DNA of 64,000 nucleotides, taken from NCBI RefSeq assembly GCF_004010195.1, contig NC_057719.1, forward strand, positions 80,718,999 through 80,782,998, read 5' to 3'. Positions 38,030 to 51,726 of the stretch are shown piece after piece. The stretch comes from Chiloscyllium plagiosum. Taxonomy: Eukaryota. How positions within the stretch are numbered: the stretch's first letter is position 1; every line of letters begins with the position of its first letter. Under the pieces are notes generated by a model, which saw nothing but the letters and a program-made list of their open reading frames with translations, did no database searches and had not been told where the DNA came from. The translations under genes and the position numbers were made by a program.

Positions 38030-38775
38030 GTTATTCCATTACACTCCTGATTTGTGCCTTGTAGATGATGGACAGGCTTTGAGGAGTCAGGAGGTAAGTT
38101 ACTTGCTGCTGTATTCTTAGTCTCTGACCTGCTCATGCAGCTACTGTGTTTATGTGGTGAGTCCAGGTGGGTTTTCGTCAATGGTAATCCCCAGAATATT
38201 GACAGTGGGGGATTCAGTGATGGCAACACCATTCAATATCATGGGCCGGTGGTTAGATTGTTCCTAATTGGAGATGGTCATTGCCTAGCATTTTTGTGGT
38301 GTGAGTATGTCTTATCACTTATCAGCTGAGTCCTGAATATTATCCAGATCTTGTTGCATTTGAACACTGACTGCTGCAGCATCTGAGGAGTCGCAAATGG
38401 TGCTGAACATTGAACAATCATCGGCAAACATTCCTGTTCCTGACCTTATGATGGAGAGAAGGTCATTGATGAAGCAGCTGAAGATGGTTGGATCTTGGGC
38501 ACTACCCTGAGGAACTCCTGCAGAGATATCCTGGAGCTGAGAAGACTGGCCTCCAACAATCACAACCATCTTCCTGTCTACCAGGTATGACTCCAACCAG
38601 CAAAGTTACTTCCCCGATTCCCATTAATTCTAGTTTGTCCAAGGTATCTTGATGCCACACTTGGTCGAATGTGGCCTTGGTATCAAGGACTGTCACTCTT
38701 GCCTCGCCTCTGAAATTCAGTTCTCTTGTTAATGCTTGAACCAAAGCTGTAATGAGGTCAGGAACTGAATGGCCC
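38030..38775 (-). mobile_element. CR1-group family B RT fragment
   Basis: LDTKATFDQVWH, SAGVPQGS, MFADDC, MQQDLDNIQ. Confidence 0.85.
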
Positions 38776-38782
38776 TCTGTAT

Positions 38783-39370
38783 TTAGAGTCAGAGAGATGT
38801 ACAGCACGGAAACAGACCCTTCGGTCCAAATTGTCCATGCCAACCAGATATCCCAACCCAATCTAGTCCCACCTGCCAGCATCCAGCCCATATCCCTCCA
38901 AAGCCTTCCTATTCATATACCCATCCAGATGCCTTTTAAATGTTGCAATTGTGCTAGCCTCCACCACTTCCTCCGGGAGCTCATTCTATTCACGTACCCT
39001 CTGCGTGAAAAAGTTGCCCTCTCACCCTAAACCTATGCGCTCGAGTTCTGGACTCCCCCATCCCAGGGAAAATACTTTGTCTCTTTATCCTATCTATGCC
39101 CCTCATGATTTTATAAACCTCTAAGGTCAGCCCTTCAACCTCCGATGTTCGAGGGAAAACAGCCCCAGCCTATTCAACCTCCCTTGTAGCTCAAATCCTC
39201 CAACCCTGGAAATATCCTTGTAAATCTTTTCTGAACTGTTTCAAGTTTCACAAAATCTTTCCAATAGGATGGAGACCAGAATTGCATGCAGTGTTCCAAA
39301 ACTGGTCTAACCAATGTCCTGTACAGCTGCAACGTGACCTCTCAACTCCTGTACTCAATACTCTGATCAA
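38783..39370 (-). mobile_element. CR1 3' fragment
   Basis: Reverse complement of 52710-53315. Confidence 0.88.
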
Positions 39371-39650
39371 TTAGAAGACAGAAATACACGAGTAGGCTCC
39401 ATTCCTGTGTGGACAGATAGATCCATTCTTCAACCCCATTTGACACCTTTAGGATCTATCTTTCTCAATCTAAAGTTTAAAGGCTCATCCAAGAGGTATG
39501 TCTGATTTGGGATTGCACCAAAACATGGGCTGGGATTCTGGGATACCGCATTTGGTCTTCCAAAATGGCTTCCAAGGTGCTAAGGGTTAAGGTTAGGGTT
39601 CCAAGGCACACCTACACATCTTTAAGTGGAATTGCATTGAAATGAAAATC

Positions 39651-39776
39651 GCAGCAGGTCAGGCAGCATCTAGGAACAGGAGAATGTTCCCTAGATGCTG
39701 CCTGACCTGCTGCGCTTTTCCAGCAACACATTTCCATCTCTGATCTCCAGCATCTGCAGACCTCACTTTCTCCTCC
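39651..39776. mobile_element. Short inverted PLE family A insertion lacking the hammerhead
   Basis: 14-bp TSD ttgaaatgaaaatc (39637-39650 / 39777-39790). Confidence 0.85.
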
Positions 39777-41514
39777 TTGAAATGAAAATCACCAAAGTAA
39801 GAAATTAATGTACTAATTCAAATTAATACACCATTTACTATTAATAATATAAAATAAAAGTAGCTAATATGGAATCTGAACCTTTTCCAAAAAATGCATG
39901 GCCTTGCAGGTGACTCTGACACTAAACTTAAAATGAAATGCAAAGTCATGCTAGCACACCAACATGACTTATTCCAATAGAATTCTCTCTCACATAATAA
40001 ACAACAGACAAGAGCAGCCAAATTCGGAGTACTGTGTTTTTCTTTTCAAAGTAATCCAGATTACCTCTAAGATGAACCTCTGCGGGTAAATTAAATTACA
40101 ACAGTCGTCTTACATATATTTGTTCATATAATCCTGAATCTATTTGCCTGTTAGAATGATCCCAGCTTACATTAATACTGGGCCAGTCAAATCCCAAAGT
40201 AAAACCCAGCTCCTAATATTGTTTTAGTTTAAAAGCATGGATAGCTGTCACTGAACGCATTCACAAGAGGCTACCATTGTACTTTTAACACAAAGAAAGA
40301 ATAAATGGCATAAAACAGAAAGAAAACAGGAATTACAAACACCAGAAAAATATTCAATTTTATACTATTCCTTTTATCCCAGCAATATCCTTACAAACGC
40401 ACAAATCCTCACACATTATCCCCACACTTGCTCAGGCTGACACAGCTGTAACTGGGTTCCTTCTAGTGAATTTTTGGTGCATTCACTGAATGCTATTTTC
40501 CTTCAGCTGATATCCCTTCCTGAGACACCCAAAACAAACTGACCTAGAGTCACTGCTATTTTAACTTAGAGCGGATACATGACTTAGATTCTCACTGACT
40601 TTTCTCTGGCACACATCTGCTGGTTCACTGTCTCTCCCCGCCTCTGTGTCCTTGGACCCTTGTTGCTGAACCAAGTTCACTTTTTTTTGCCCCTCTCTCC
40701 TCCTTGTTTAAGCTGTAAATTCAATCCTAATTAAATTATGTGAAAACAGACTGACTTGCAGATTTCTCATCACCACTAAATGAAACTAAACTATGTCTGC
40801 CCCTTCTCAATGCACAAAATAAAAAGTCTTAATTAAATGTTCTATATTGTTAAGCACAATGTGTATTCAAAAATTGTGTTCCATTTCTCACTGGAGTTGT
40901 AACAATTTATGTTACATTTCTTTGTAGGTAAAAGGTATGTAACTATCTCCAGGTGTGTTACAGTCATTATTTTTAGAAGGGTTCCCCTATATTAGTTACC
41001 CTACATTATGTAAAATTGTAACCACTACTATAATGTAATCCAGGCTTGATATTATTAACTAAATTATTAAATGGGAGTCTATAACTTTCTAAAATGTATC
41101 AATGTATAACCCACACAACAAATAAAGAAAGATATTCTCAAATTCCCAAATTGTTGTAGATTTGATTAACTTAGTGACATGTTTTTGATAAGATATGCCA
41201 TTGTATACTTAACCTCAAAATACTTTAGTAGCATGGGAGTGAATGTTGCATATTAGGATCAAGTCTACAATTAATAATGCTGATGAGATTCCGGTAATGA
41301 TTTAAAATCTCTCCTCATTGAAGTTTTAGCAATCAGTAAGTTTAACTGGATGGACTTACCTTGCTGGGAGGTAAAGACAGTAGAACAATGAACGGCACCA
41401 GACCCATCATCTCCATGTTAGTAGACAGTCAGTGAATAGCAGAAGTAGAATAGCAATTGTCAGCAGAAGTAGACATAGAGCCACGTTATTACATGAACCA
41501 GCCTGTTATGAAGT

Positions 41515-42418
41515 TAGGCAGACAGGCAGGTAGTTCTGAGGAGGTGGGGAGGCTGCAGAAAGATTTAGACAGTTTAGGAGTGGTCAAGGAAATGGCTGAT
41601 GAAATTCAACGTGTGAGCAAATGCGAGGTCTTGCACTTTGGAAGAAAGAATATAGGCATGGACTATTTTCTAAACAGTGAGAAAATTCATAAAGTCAAAG
41701 TCCAAAGGGATCTGGGAGTGCTAGTCCAGGATTCTCTAAAGGTTAACTTGCAGATTGAGTCCGTGGTTAAGAAAGCAAATGTAATGTTGTCATTTAACTC
41801 AAGAGGGTTGGAATATAAAAGCAGCGATGTGCTACTGAGACTTTATAGAACATTCTAGTTAGGCCCCATTTAGAATACTGTGTCCAATTTTGGGCTCCAC
41901 ACCTCAGAAAGGACATATGGCACGGCAGCGTGTCCAGTGGAGATTCACACGGATGATCCCTGGAATGGTAGGCCTAACATACAATGAACGGGTGAGGATC
42001 CTGGGATTGTATTCATTCGAGTTTAGAAGTTTGAGGGGAGTTTGAATAGGAACTTACAAGATAACGCTTGGCTTAGAAAGGGTGGATGCTGGAAAGTTGT
42101 TTCTGTTAGGCGGGGAGACTAGGACCTGTGGGCACAGCCTTAGAATTAGAAGGGGTCAATTTAGAACAGAAACACGGAGACATTTCTTCAGCCAGAGAGT
42201 GGTGAGCCTGTGGAATTCATTACCATGGAACGCAGTGGAAGCCGGGATGTTAAATGTCTTCAAGGCAGAGATTGATAAATTCTTAATCTCGCTAGGAATT
42301 AAGGGAAACGGGTGCAGGTAAGTGGCATCAAAATGCTCATCAGCCATGATTAACTGGTGGAGTGGACTCGGTGGGCTGAATGGTCTTACTTCCACTCTTA
42401 TTTCTTATGGTCTTATGG
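41515..42418 (+). mobile_element. CR1 RT C-terminus and 3' UTR
   Basis: [34 protein letters not shown]; (TCTTATGG) tail. Confidence 0.88.
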
Positions 42419-43769
42419 TTACACATCTGTCTCCAGCATTACCATTTTGAAGCTCAGTACTTCAGGTCCTATCCTCTCTGAGACTTGCATACATGAACAT
42501 GTGTTCAGAAGTAGGTAGGACCCAGTTCTCCCACCACCAGCACTATTTAAAGGACTCATCAGCGACTCTCAGGTTAGTTGCTGGTTAATTTATTTTAGCA
42601 GTTGCTAAATTCTCAAGCATTTGCCATTTTATGTAGTTGTTCAAAGTTGCAAAAAATCTACAAGGTGTGGTGTGCTGAAGAACATTTTGCTTCACAGCAT
42701 CTACAAAAACCTGTTGTTCCCAGATACGAGTGTATTCCACTTGGAATACCACAGGACTTTGAGAATAAGCATTGGATGTACAGAATAGGATGAGCTGTTA
42801 GAAGGTTGGGGGGTGGGGGGTGTGGGGTGTGGGTGGGAGGAGGAAATAGGGAGGGGCTATCAACAACCACAATTGTTCTGCCTGATTCTCAGCAAGGAAT
42901 GATACTTGGGATGTCCACACTTCAGTACAGATGGTCCTATAGAATGTTGCATTTCCAGAGGACATGAAGCTGACTTCTGTTTTTGTATCTCTACCGCACG
43001 GTGCTCACCTTTATGGTGGTAACGCTCACTCTGAGCTCTAACTTCCAAGTTTTCACTTTTCCAGCCTGGATTACTGCATCATTTTAAAAATTCCACCCAA
43101 GAAATTTTAAACATTCTCCACAGACCCTCCAAAGTCAGTTTGCTTTGGGTTGGGACTGCTCCCACAGGCCAGCACTGAGGTGAAGTCTCCATGTGGTTAG
43201 GAGTTACTAACTTTCCTTGTGCAGCGAGTTGTTGTGGAGGCTTATACCCTTCATTGGAGGGCCTTTGCTTGTTGATTGATTGTCACGAGGTTTTCTTCTG
43301 TAGTGCTCTTACGTCTTTGGCTCTTCCCCACTGCTGATCATATTGTATGGCCAGGCAATTTAAACCGGAGTCTGAAGATCCCACACCAATGCTCACCAGG
43401 AGTTGTGTGAACAGTCAAATTAAATCCATATTGCTGCTCACCATGTTGCATGGCTCCCTACAGAAAGAGGATAGTAACAACACCTTTCAACTGTAGGAAA
43501 CTACACTAGGGCCTGCATAGTCTAATGCGGCAGAGGGAAATGATCTCCTGGTCTAACTACCAGAATCTCTTCTAATGAGAAACACAGTTACTTGCACATT
43601 GTTAAAGACTACATTGATAAGCTAGACATTGCTACTGAGACTTTGAAGAGGATGAGATACTGAATCTCACTCCTTTGAGCTCCTAAACCATTCTCTCCAC
43701 AAGTCCACAAGATAGGAAGAGGGAGGAAGTAAACGGGCAAGTGTTGCACCTTCTACCATTGCAGGGGAA

Positions 43770-44430
43770 GATGGATCAGGTGTCTCTGATCACATTGTGG
43801 TCTCTACATTCAAGAGGTGAAACGCAGAGACAGGGTGACTGGTTTGTGGAACCCCTAAGTTCTCTCCATAGAAATGACCCTGAGCTTCCAGTTCCTTGCC
43901 ACTTCAACACACCACCGTGATCTCTAGCCAACATTTCTGTCTTGGGACTGCTGCAGTGCTCCATATCATTTTCCGTTGGGGATCCTGCATCTTTAGGCCT
44001 CCGTATCGAGTTCAACAATTTTAAAAACCGAACACCTCCTTTCACGCCTTTTCCCCACATCCCAAAGCCCAGGCTCTGTCGAGACATGGACTGCTTTCAG
44101 CGCAGCCAACCCACTTTCACCTATTTATGGTTCCTCATTATCAGCTTGCCTCCTTCCCTGGCTTACTGTTATCCATCCCTTTGGTTGCTTCACTTGCTTA
44201 TTCTCTCTCTCTCTGGGTTCCATCTCCAGCTTTCCACTTACTCCTCCTCATCTCCCAACCCCCTGTCTTCAACATACACAACACCTTTTCCTAGCTACTA
44301 TCTGTTCTGAAGGGTGACTGCACCCGAAACATTGACCCTGCTTTCTTGCCACAGATGCTGCCAGACCTGCTAGGTTTCTTCAGCAATTTCTGTTTGTGTT
44401 TCAGCATCTGCAGTACTTTGTTTTATTTTA
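43770..44430 (+). mobile_element. Old Penelope-like element 3' part
   Basis: GIY-YIG-like remnant (CGLYI, PVPCHFN, GLRIEFNNF) and pLTR with CTGA-AGGGTG-ACTG-CACCC-GAAAC. Confidence 0.65.
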
Positions 44431-44643
44431 TTTTCGAATTATCCTGCATCTCCTTGTTTATGTTGGCAGATTCTCTGTGATGTTGTTCACGGTGACTAAA
44501 AAGATATATTCAAGTGTGGCACTGAAAGTACGCTGTTTGAAGTGGCAGAAATACACAGAGTGGACTACATCATAAAAGGTTTTAATAAATTAAAGGTGTA
44601 TTTATTTTCATTTGAAGGAAATCTGAATGAATGCTACAAAAAA

Positions 44644-45361
44644 GCACAAAGAAAATTTACAGCCCAGGAACAGACCCTTCAGCCCTTCAAGCCTGAGCCG
44701 ATCCAAATCCGCTATCTAAACCTGTCGGCCAATTCCTAAGCATCTGTATCCCTCTGCTCCCCACCTACTCATGCATCTGTCCAGACGCACCTCAAATGAA
44801 TCTACCATGTCTGCCTCTACTACCTCTGCTGGCAACGCGTTCCAGGCACCTACCACCCTCTGTGTAAAGTACTTGCCATGTATATCTAAACTTTTCACCT
44901 CTCACATTGAAAGCGTGACCTCTCGTTATTGATTCCTTCACCCTGGGAAAAAGCTTATCTCTATCCACCCTGTCTATACCCTTCATGATTTTGGAGACCT
45001 CAATCAGGTCCCCCCTCAATCTCCTTTTTTCTAATGAATACAATCCTAACCTACTCAACCTCTCTTCATGGCTAGCACCTTCCATATCAGGCAACATCCT
45101 TGTAAACCTTCTCTGCTCCCTCTCCAAAGCGTCCACATCCTTTTGGTAATGTGGCGACCAGAACTTTACACAGCATTCTAAATGTGTCCGAACCAAAGTC
45201 TTGTACAATTTTAACATGACCTGCCAGCTCTTATACTAAATACCCTGTACGATGAAGGAAAGCATACCATATGCCTTCTTGACCACTCGATCCACCTGTG
45301 CAGCCACCTTCAGGGTATAAATGGACCTAAACTCCCAGATCCCTCTACTAATCAACTTTTC
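44644..45361 (-). mobile_element. CR1 3' fragment (another subfamily)
   Basis: ORF 44792-45217 LYKTLVRTHLECCVKFWSP..RGDLIEV. Confidence 0.9.
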
Positions 45362-48300
45362 TGAATTGCACCAACCATTTTCTGGTTTATTCCTCTGGGC
45401 AATACTTTGACCAGAGTCAATTCAACTGAAAGTCACCACCTGACTGGTGCATTCTCCACGACAGTGTATCCACCCGTTGGATTCCACTTACCCCAACAGC
45501 ACTCCCTTCTCATACAAACATAAAATGCTGTTTTCCATTAGATTGGTAATCTTGCAGTGTCCTGATAAGTGCAAGATTGAAACTTTTGACAGGATGTGTC
45601 TTTTAGCAGCAATACTTTGATTCTGTATTAGCAAAACGACTATTCATATAGATTGCAAATAGTTGAAACCTCAACACTGATCCCTGCGGCACTTCACTAG
45701 TTACAGCTTGTCAACTTGAAAATGGCCCATTTACTCATATATAACAAGAGCAGAGCTGCTACTGTTTCCCCGGTAAATGATTACTTAGGCACAGAACTTG
45801 CAATAGCAATGAATAAAATAGATTTTTATACTTCGGTATAATCAATCTGCAGAGTCAGGCTCACGTTGGCACAAATGCTGTTAGGCATTCTAAGATTTAA
45901 GTCTCTCTAACATGAAAAGAAAGCCAATTAAATTATGTTAAATAAGCTTTTTCTGAACCCAAAGACATGAATCTGATTCATAATCACAAGTAGGACATTA
46001 TTATTCTTGAGAGGCTACACTGAGTAGCAGTGAAGACGATAATAGGAAATTAGTAATCCTGGAAAGTTACAACTCAAATGCTGTCCTTCAAATCTGCTAT
46101 TCTCCACATCAGCCCTGTACACTAATTCCATTATCCTTTACTCACTTATTCAAACAATGCTCTTCTAGTGTGACTTGCCAACCCTGATTTATCAATCATT
46201 TGTGGTAGAGATTTAGAAGTTCAGAGCAAAGTAGCCTTATTGACTAGCAGTCTACCCATCCAATTGAATGTCCACTCCCTTCACCCATGGCTGTAATGTT
46301 TACCATCTACAATGTGTACTTCAACTAATGGATATATCTGGCATCTCTTGTCAATTATTGTAAAAACCCATCCTTTAGCCAGCCTTACCTGGTCTGACCT
46401 ACATGTGACTCCAGATCTATAAAACTGTGACTGACTCTTAACTGCTCTCAGAAATGCCTGAGCAACCCATTAATATTTGCAAGAGCAGTGAAAGTTGACC
46501 TTGATCTGTCTTCTCAGTATTGCTAAGAAATCTCTTTATACCTGCAGAGGATTCCTTAACATCTGCTGAAATATCTCACGTGGCCCTTTCCTTGGACTGT
46601 TTCGCCATCGCAGAGTGACTCCCTCCCCTCCATGTCTGCTTCATGCCACTTAATAACAAACAGAAAATCACTAAGGTCAGACCAATGCTCTCACCCACCC
46701 GTTCTTGGGCTGTGCTCCTTGGCCCACACTTAGCATCACTATTCACGCACCTAATGTAGAACCGCTGAAGCATTAGCTTCCTTCAACCTCAATTCATCTA
46801 ATCATTTTAGCAAAACCTTCCACTTCTTTATCACGCATGTACTTCTTAATATCATAGAATCATGGAATGGTTCCAGTACTGAAGGATGCCATTTGGCCCT
46901 TGATCATTATACTAGCTCCCTGTAAGAGCAACTCAACTAGTCCCAGCCCCCAGCCCTCACCCTATACCCCGCCAATATTTGAGCTTTCAACGTTGATTTT
47001 GGATTCCTCTGCCTCCAACACACTTTCAGCCAAAGTCTTTCATGTTCTACCCACTCAGTCATACAGCATGGAAACAGATCTTTGGAGGCTCAGTGAACTG
47101 AATGACCTGCTTCCATACTATAGATTCTATGATTCTGTTCTATGATTCTAAATAAATTGGCTGCAGCCTATTTTCCGAATAGCTGGTATGACGTTCGTTG
47201 TACCAAGGTCATCCTTGTACTTTTATTTTTGCTATTGTTCCAGTGCTTCAATATCCTTAGCGCAATATAGAAAGCGCAGCAGTATACATAATACTTTGCA
47301 TACTGTAACCAATGTACTGTATAACTTTAATGCAGCTTCTCTGCTCTTCAATTTGATTCATGCAGAGATCAAGAGTGTTTGTGTTAAACTTTCTGTGACA
47401 TTGTTACGGGAGGAGCTACTCCATTACGTCTGTCCAATAAGATAGACTTCAAAAATTTCAGGCACAATTCCACCACAGGCTCAAAACCAAATTGCATTCT
47501 TACAGCATCCATTACGCAAAAAATGCCCCCAGGAAATTCACAGGATCGTTACCAAAACGTGATGTCGAACAACAGGAACAGATATGATGTGAACAAAATG
47601 AGACCGTGTTCTGAGAGGAAATTTTGAACGTTCTTTTGGAGGATAAACAATGGAGATGGGAGAAACTTCCAGAGCATTTTTTTAATGTGTTCATTGAATA
47701 TGGACAATGTTGAGAAGGCCAGCGTTTCTCATCAACCTTTAATCACCCTTGAAAAAGGTGTTAATGGGCCATCTTCCTGAATTGTTGCAGAGGCCCTCAT
47801 GTGGTGCATTGGAGTGTTTCTATCCCTGGAGTGGGAGGCCTGGGTTCAAGTCCCATCTGCTCCAGAGGTGTGTAATAACATCTCTGAACAGATTAACTAG
47901 GAAAAACAGGTTGTTGTCCATCTGGTGTAGAGACACCCACAATGCTATTAGGAAGGGAGTTTTAGGTTCTTAACCAAGTGACAGTGAAAGTACAGCGATC
48001 TAGTTCCAAGGTGGGACAGAGTTTGAATTGCAGGTGGACTTGCAGATAGTTATTGCTTTGAGCTTTCTCCGTGGACTGCACTGACACCACTCAACACCAG
48101 CTGTATGTTGTTGAGTCCCCATGGATTTTGCCTATCAAGAGGTCGAAGTGTTGGACTCCAGTTCTGAACTGCAGAGGATGTTCTCTCAGAATGGAGTGAT
48201 CCGATGGGATATGAGCCAAGTGCAGGCAGGTGGGAATGGTTTAGTTTGGGATTATGGTTGGACTGGACTAGTTGGACCAAAGGTTCTGTTTCCATGCTGC

Positions 48301-49014
48301 ATGACTCTACTGCATCTCTGTTACTACCTTATCACTACTGTCTGTCTCACAGGAGATCCAATAAATGATTACTGACATATAGAATCCTGATCTTTGTGCT
48401 CCACCGCTGTAGTATAATTGCTCACTTCCTCTCAGTCCCGATAGCATGTGACTGCTGATTTCAGAGTCATATCCGATCATTAATGTTTGAAGTCCTTTTA
48501 TATTACAGTGACGTTCCTCCGCCTGCTGCCCATCCTATTCAGACATAAGGTTTGTGTTTTTGGAAGGTGGCTGTGAAGGAACCTTGGCAAGTTGCTGCCA
48601 CTGTGTGCCAATGTTTAATGTGTTGGATGGAGTGCCAACCGAGCCTACTTTACACTCAAGAACTTCAAGTGTTAGGATAGCGGTGGGTGATTCAGGAAAA
48701 CGGGAGGAATCCTGTTATGCTCTGCAGTTGCACCTGGTAGATCATAGAGGGGCTTTGGAGAATGCATTTCCCACCACCTAATTCACAGCCTCTAACCTGC
48801 TCTTGAACGGGCAGTCCAGTTCTGTTCTTGGTCAAAGGTGACCCCTACGGTTATGACAATGGTGAAATCAATGTCATTGAAAATCAAGGGCGGATGGTTA
48901 AATTCTCTGGAGCTGGCAATTGGTTAGAATTTGTGTGGCACAAATGCTACTTGGCAGACAAAACCCTAAATGTTGTTCAGGTCTTACTGCAATGAGGCAC
49001 AATAGCTTCAGCAT

Positions 49015-50137
49015 TGGCTATCAGGATTCATAGCAGAAGCGGTAATGCAAAGACTAGAACAAACAGCCCTACTAACCATCAAACCAAAAATCTGGGTCCG
49101 CTACATAGATGACACCTTTGTCATCACAAAACGAAACAAGATAGAAGAGACATTTAACATCATCAACAACACCCTCACAGGCATAGAGTTCACCAAGGAG
49201 GAAGAAACCGTCAACAACTTGCACTCCTGGACGTCACAGTCGAAAGAAAGGACAACAGAGAACTACAAACCTGCGCATACAGAAAACCGACAAACACTGA
49301 CCAAGTACTTAACTATACCAGCAACCATCCCAACACACACAAACGAAGCTGTATCAGAACACTATTCCAAGAAGCCACCACACACTGCAGCACAGACAAA
49401 CTTCAGAAAACAAAGGAGAACCACCTATACAACGTATTCAAGAAGAACGGATACTGAAAAAATACAGTCTGCAGATTCCTCAAGAGCAAACCAAACACAG
49501 CCAGAAACCCTAACCACCTTACCATACATCAAAGAAGTTTCAGAAATGACAGCCAGACTACTAAGACCCCTCAGAAGCCTAGTAGCACACAACCCACCAA
49601 CACTCGCAAACAAATACTAACAAACTTAAAAGACTCAGTACAAACCATGGACAGAACCAACGTCATCTACAAAATTCCATGCAAAGTCTGCCACGAACAC
49701 TACGTAGGACAAACAGGAAGAAAGTTAGCCACCAGGATACATGAACACCAGCTAGCCACAAAAAGACACGACCCGCACTCCCTCGTAGCCCTACACACGG
49801 ATGAAAAAAAAACCCACCATTTCAACTGGGACAACACATTTATCCTGGGACAGGCTAAGCAAAGACATGCCAGAGAATTCCTGGAGGCCTGGCACTCCAA
49901 CCACAACGCCATAAACAAACACATAGATCTAGATACCATCTATCAACCCCTCAGAAAACGAACAGGAAATGACATCACCACAAACCCAAGGAACTTCATC
50001 CAGGACAACATATAAATAGAAAGCAGGAGACAACAGCTTCGCTTCACTTGGAGGTTGCCACTGATGATGTTACCTAGCCAGGTAATGAAACGTCTGGATA
50101 TCAAACCTACAGCTCAGCGAGCAAACCTACACCCTAG
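49015..50137 (+). mobile_element. Penelope-like element family B (Poseidon-like), 5'-truncated and frameshifted
   Basis: RT IWVRYIDDTFVI; GIY-YIG NVIYKIPCKVCHEHYVGQTGRKLATRIHEH..REFLEAWH; pLTR with hammerhead; TSD gcttcagcat (49005-49014 / 50138-50147). Confidence 0.92.
50058..50097 (+). ncRNA. Minimal hammerhead ribozyme motif (family B)
   Basis: CCA-CTGATGA-T-GTTACC-TAGCCA-GGTAAT-GAAAC-GTC-TGG; predicted cleavage after 50094. Confidence 0.8.
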
Positions 50138-50500
50138 GCTTCAGCATCTGAGGTGCTGAACGTTGTGTAATCATCAGCTAACATCCCTACTTCTGACCAT
50201 CTAAATGGCGGGGGTGGGGAACAGTCATTGATAAGGCACCTGAAGATGTTTGTGGCTAGGACACGACCCTAAGGAACTCCTGCAGAGATATCCAAGAGCT
50301 GAGATGACCGTACTGCAACAACCGTGATCATCTTGGGTTTCTTGATATGTCAAATGCTCCCTTGACCTCTGAAATTCAGCCGTTTGTTCATTTTTGGACC
50401 AAAGAAATAATGAAGTGTTGAGATTTATAGTCTGAATGAGATCCAAGCTGAATGCCAGTGACCAGGTTATTGCTGGAAAAGTGCTGCTCCTCAACAGCCT

Positions 50501-50811
50501 TTAGATTAGATTAGATTACTTACAGTGTGGAAACAGGCCCTTCGGCCCAACAAGTCCACACCGACCCGCCGAACCCACCCATACCCCTACATTTACCCCT
50601 TACCTAACACTACGGGCAATTTAGCATGGCCAATTCACCTGACCTGCACATTTTTGGACTGTGGGAGGAAACCAGAGCACCCGGTGGAAACCCACGCAGA
50701 CACGGGGAGATTGTGCAAACTCCACACAGAGAGTCGCCTGAGGCGGGAATTGAACCCGGATTTCTGGTGCTGTGAGGCAGCAGTGCTAACCTCACTGCCA
50801 ACGTGCTGCCC
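50501..50811 (-). mobile_element. HE1-type V-SINE, full length
   Basis: Reverse complement of 2913-3236, (TTAGA)n tail. Confidence 0.9.
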
Positions 50812-51726
50812 AAAAGCTTTCATCACAATCACTAAGAGACGACTGATGGGGAAGCAAATGGCAAGATTAGATTTGTAGAAAGTACGTACATAATCAATTT
50901 TACACATCGTCAGATAGACCCCAGCGTTGTGGCTATATTGGAACAGCCTGCCGAACTGTGTTATTAATTCTGCGCCACAGCCTTATTGCCAGAAGCTGTC
51001 AGGGCTCTTGGCCTTTGGAGTAGTTAGTGTCTGCAGCCAGTTCTTGATATCACGTCAGAACACCTTGGGGTAGAGCACAGGAATCAAGTCTCACAATAGG
51101 TCAAGATTTTATCAATAATGCATAATTTTCTAATTTATCTATCATTTATAGAAAGCACAGACCAGGTTTCTGTACTTGACAGGAATTACTATTTATTACA
51201 TTTAGATAGTTGTTGGTTTATAGCTTGAATCTATGATCCCTAATGAACTGACATCTAATTCTACTGGTTAAAACTCCCTAACAACACTCTCCCTTTACCC
51301 CACAGGCAGATAGACACAAAAATTAGTGTTTTAGGTGGAAAGAAAAGCTGTGGGGACAGTTCAACCCCTGTCTCGGGTTTGCTAAGCTGACCCTTTTGGT
51401 ATGCCAGAACTTGCAGCTCCTTGACCTTCCTTCTCCGAGTACTTTCAATTGCTTGTGAAGTCAGAGAGTGATTAGTTCACGACTTATAAAGTCCCTGACT
51501 TATTGTTTGTGTAATAGTTTTCAGGAATGGACAAGGGAAATGAACTGAATTTCCTCAGGCTTTACTGCAGAAAGAAAGACAGCACCTGTCTTTCCAGAGG
51601 TCCAAATGCTCCTGGATATCTCGTTCACACCTACAAGCTGCTCAGCTACATGAGAGTCAATCACCTCACTGTTGGCAGGGAAAAGACCTTTGTCATTGAT
51701 AATCTATCATTACTCCACAGACCAAT

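Larger units (their letters stand above)
48550..50500 (-). mobile_element. Decayed CR1-group family B LINE hosting the PLE at 49015
   Basis: Similar to 38030-38775 (cagcatctgagg...atcatcagctaacatccc...aggaactcctgcagagat). Confidence 0.6.

Noticed and set aside
39580..39600. Interstitial telomeric repeat
   Set aside because: Only about 3 degenerate TTAGGG-like units
39930..40961. Solo LTR (similar impressions at ~35990-36240 and 51050-51726)
   Set aside because: Could not define both termini or a TSD
49045..50015. Intact RT/GIY-YIG genes or a bacterial retron-like system
   Set aside because: Frameshifted, 5'-truncated Penelope-like element in eukaryotic DNA
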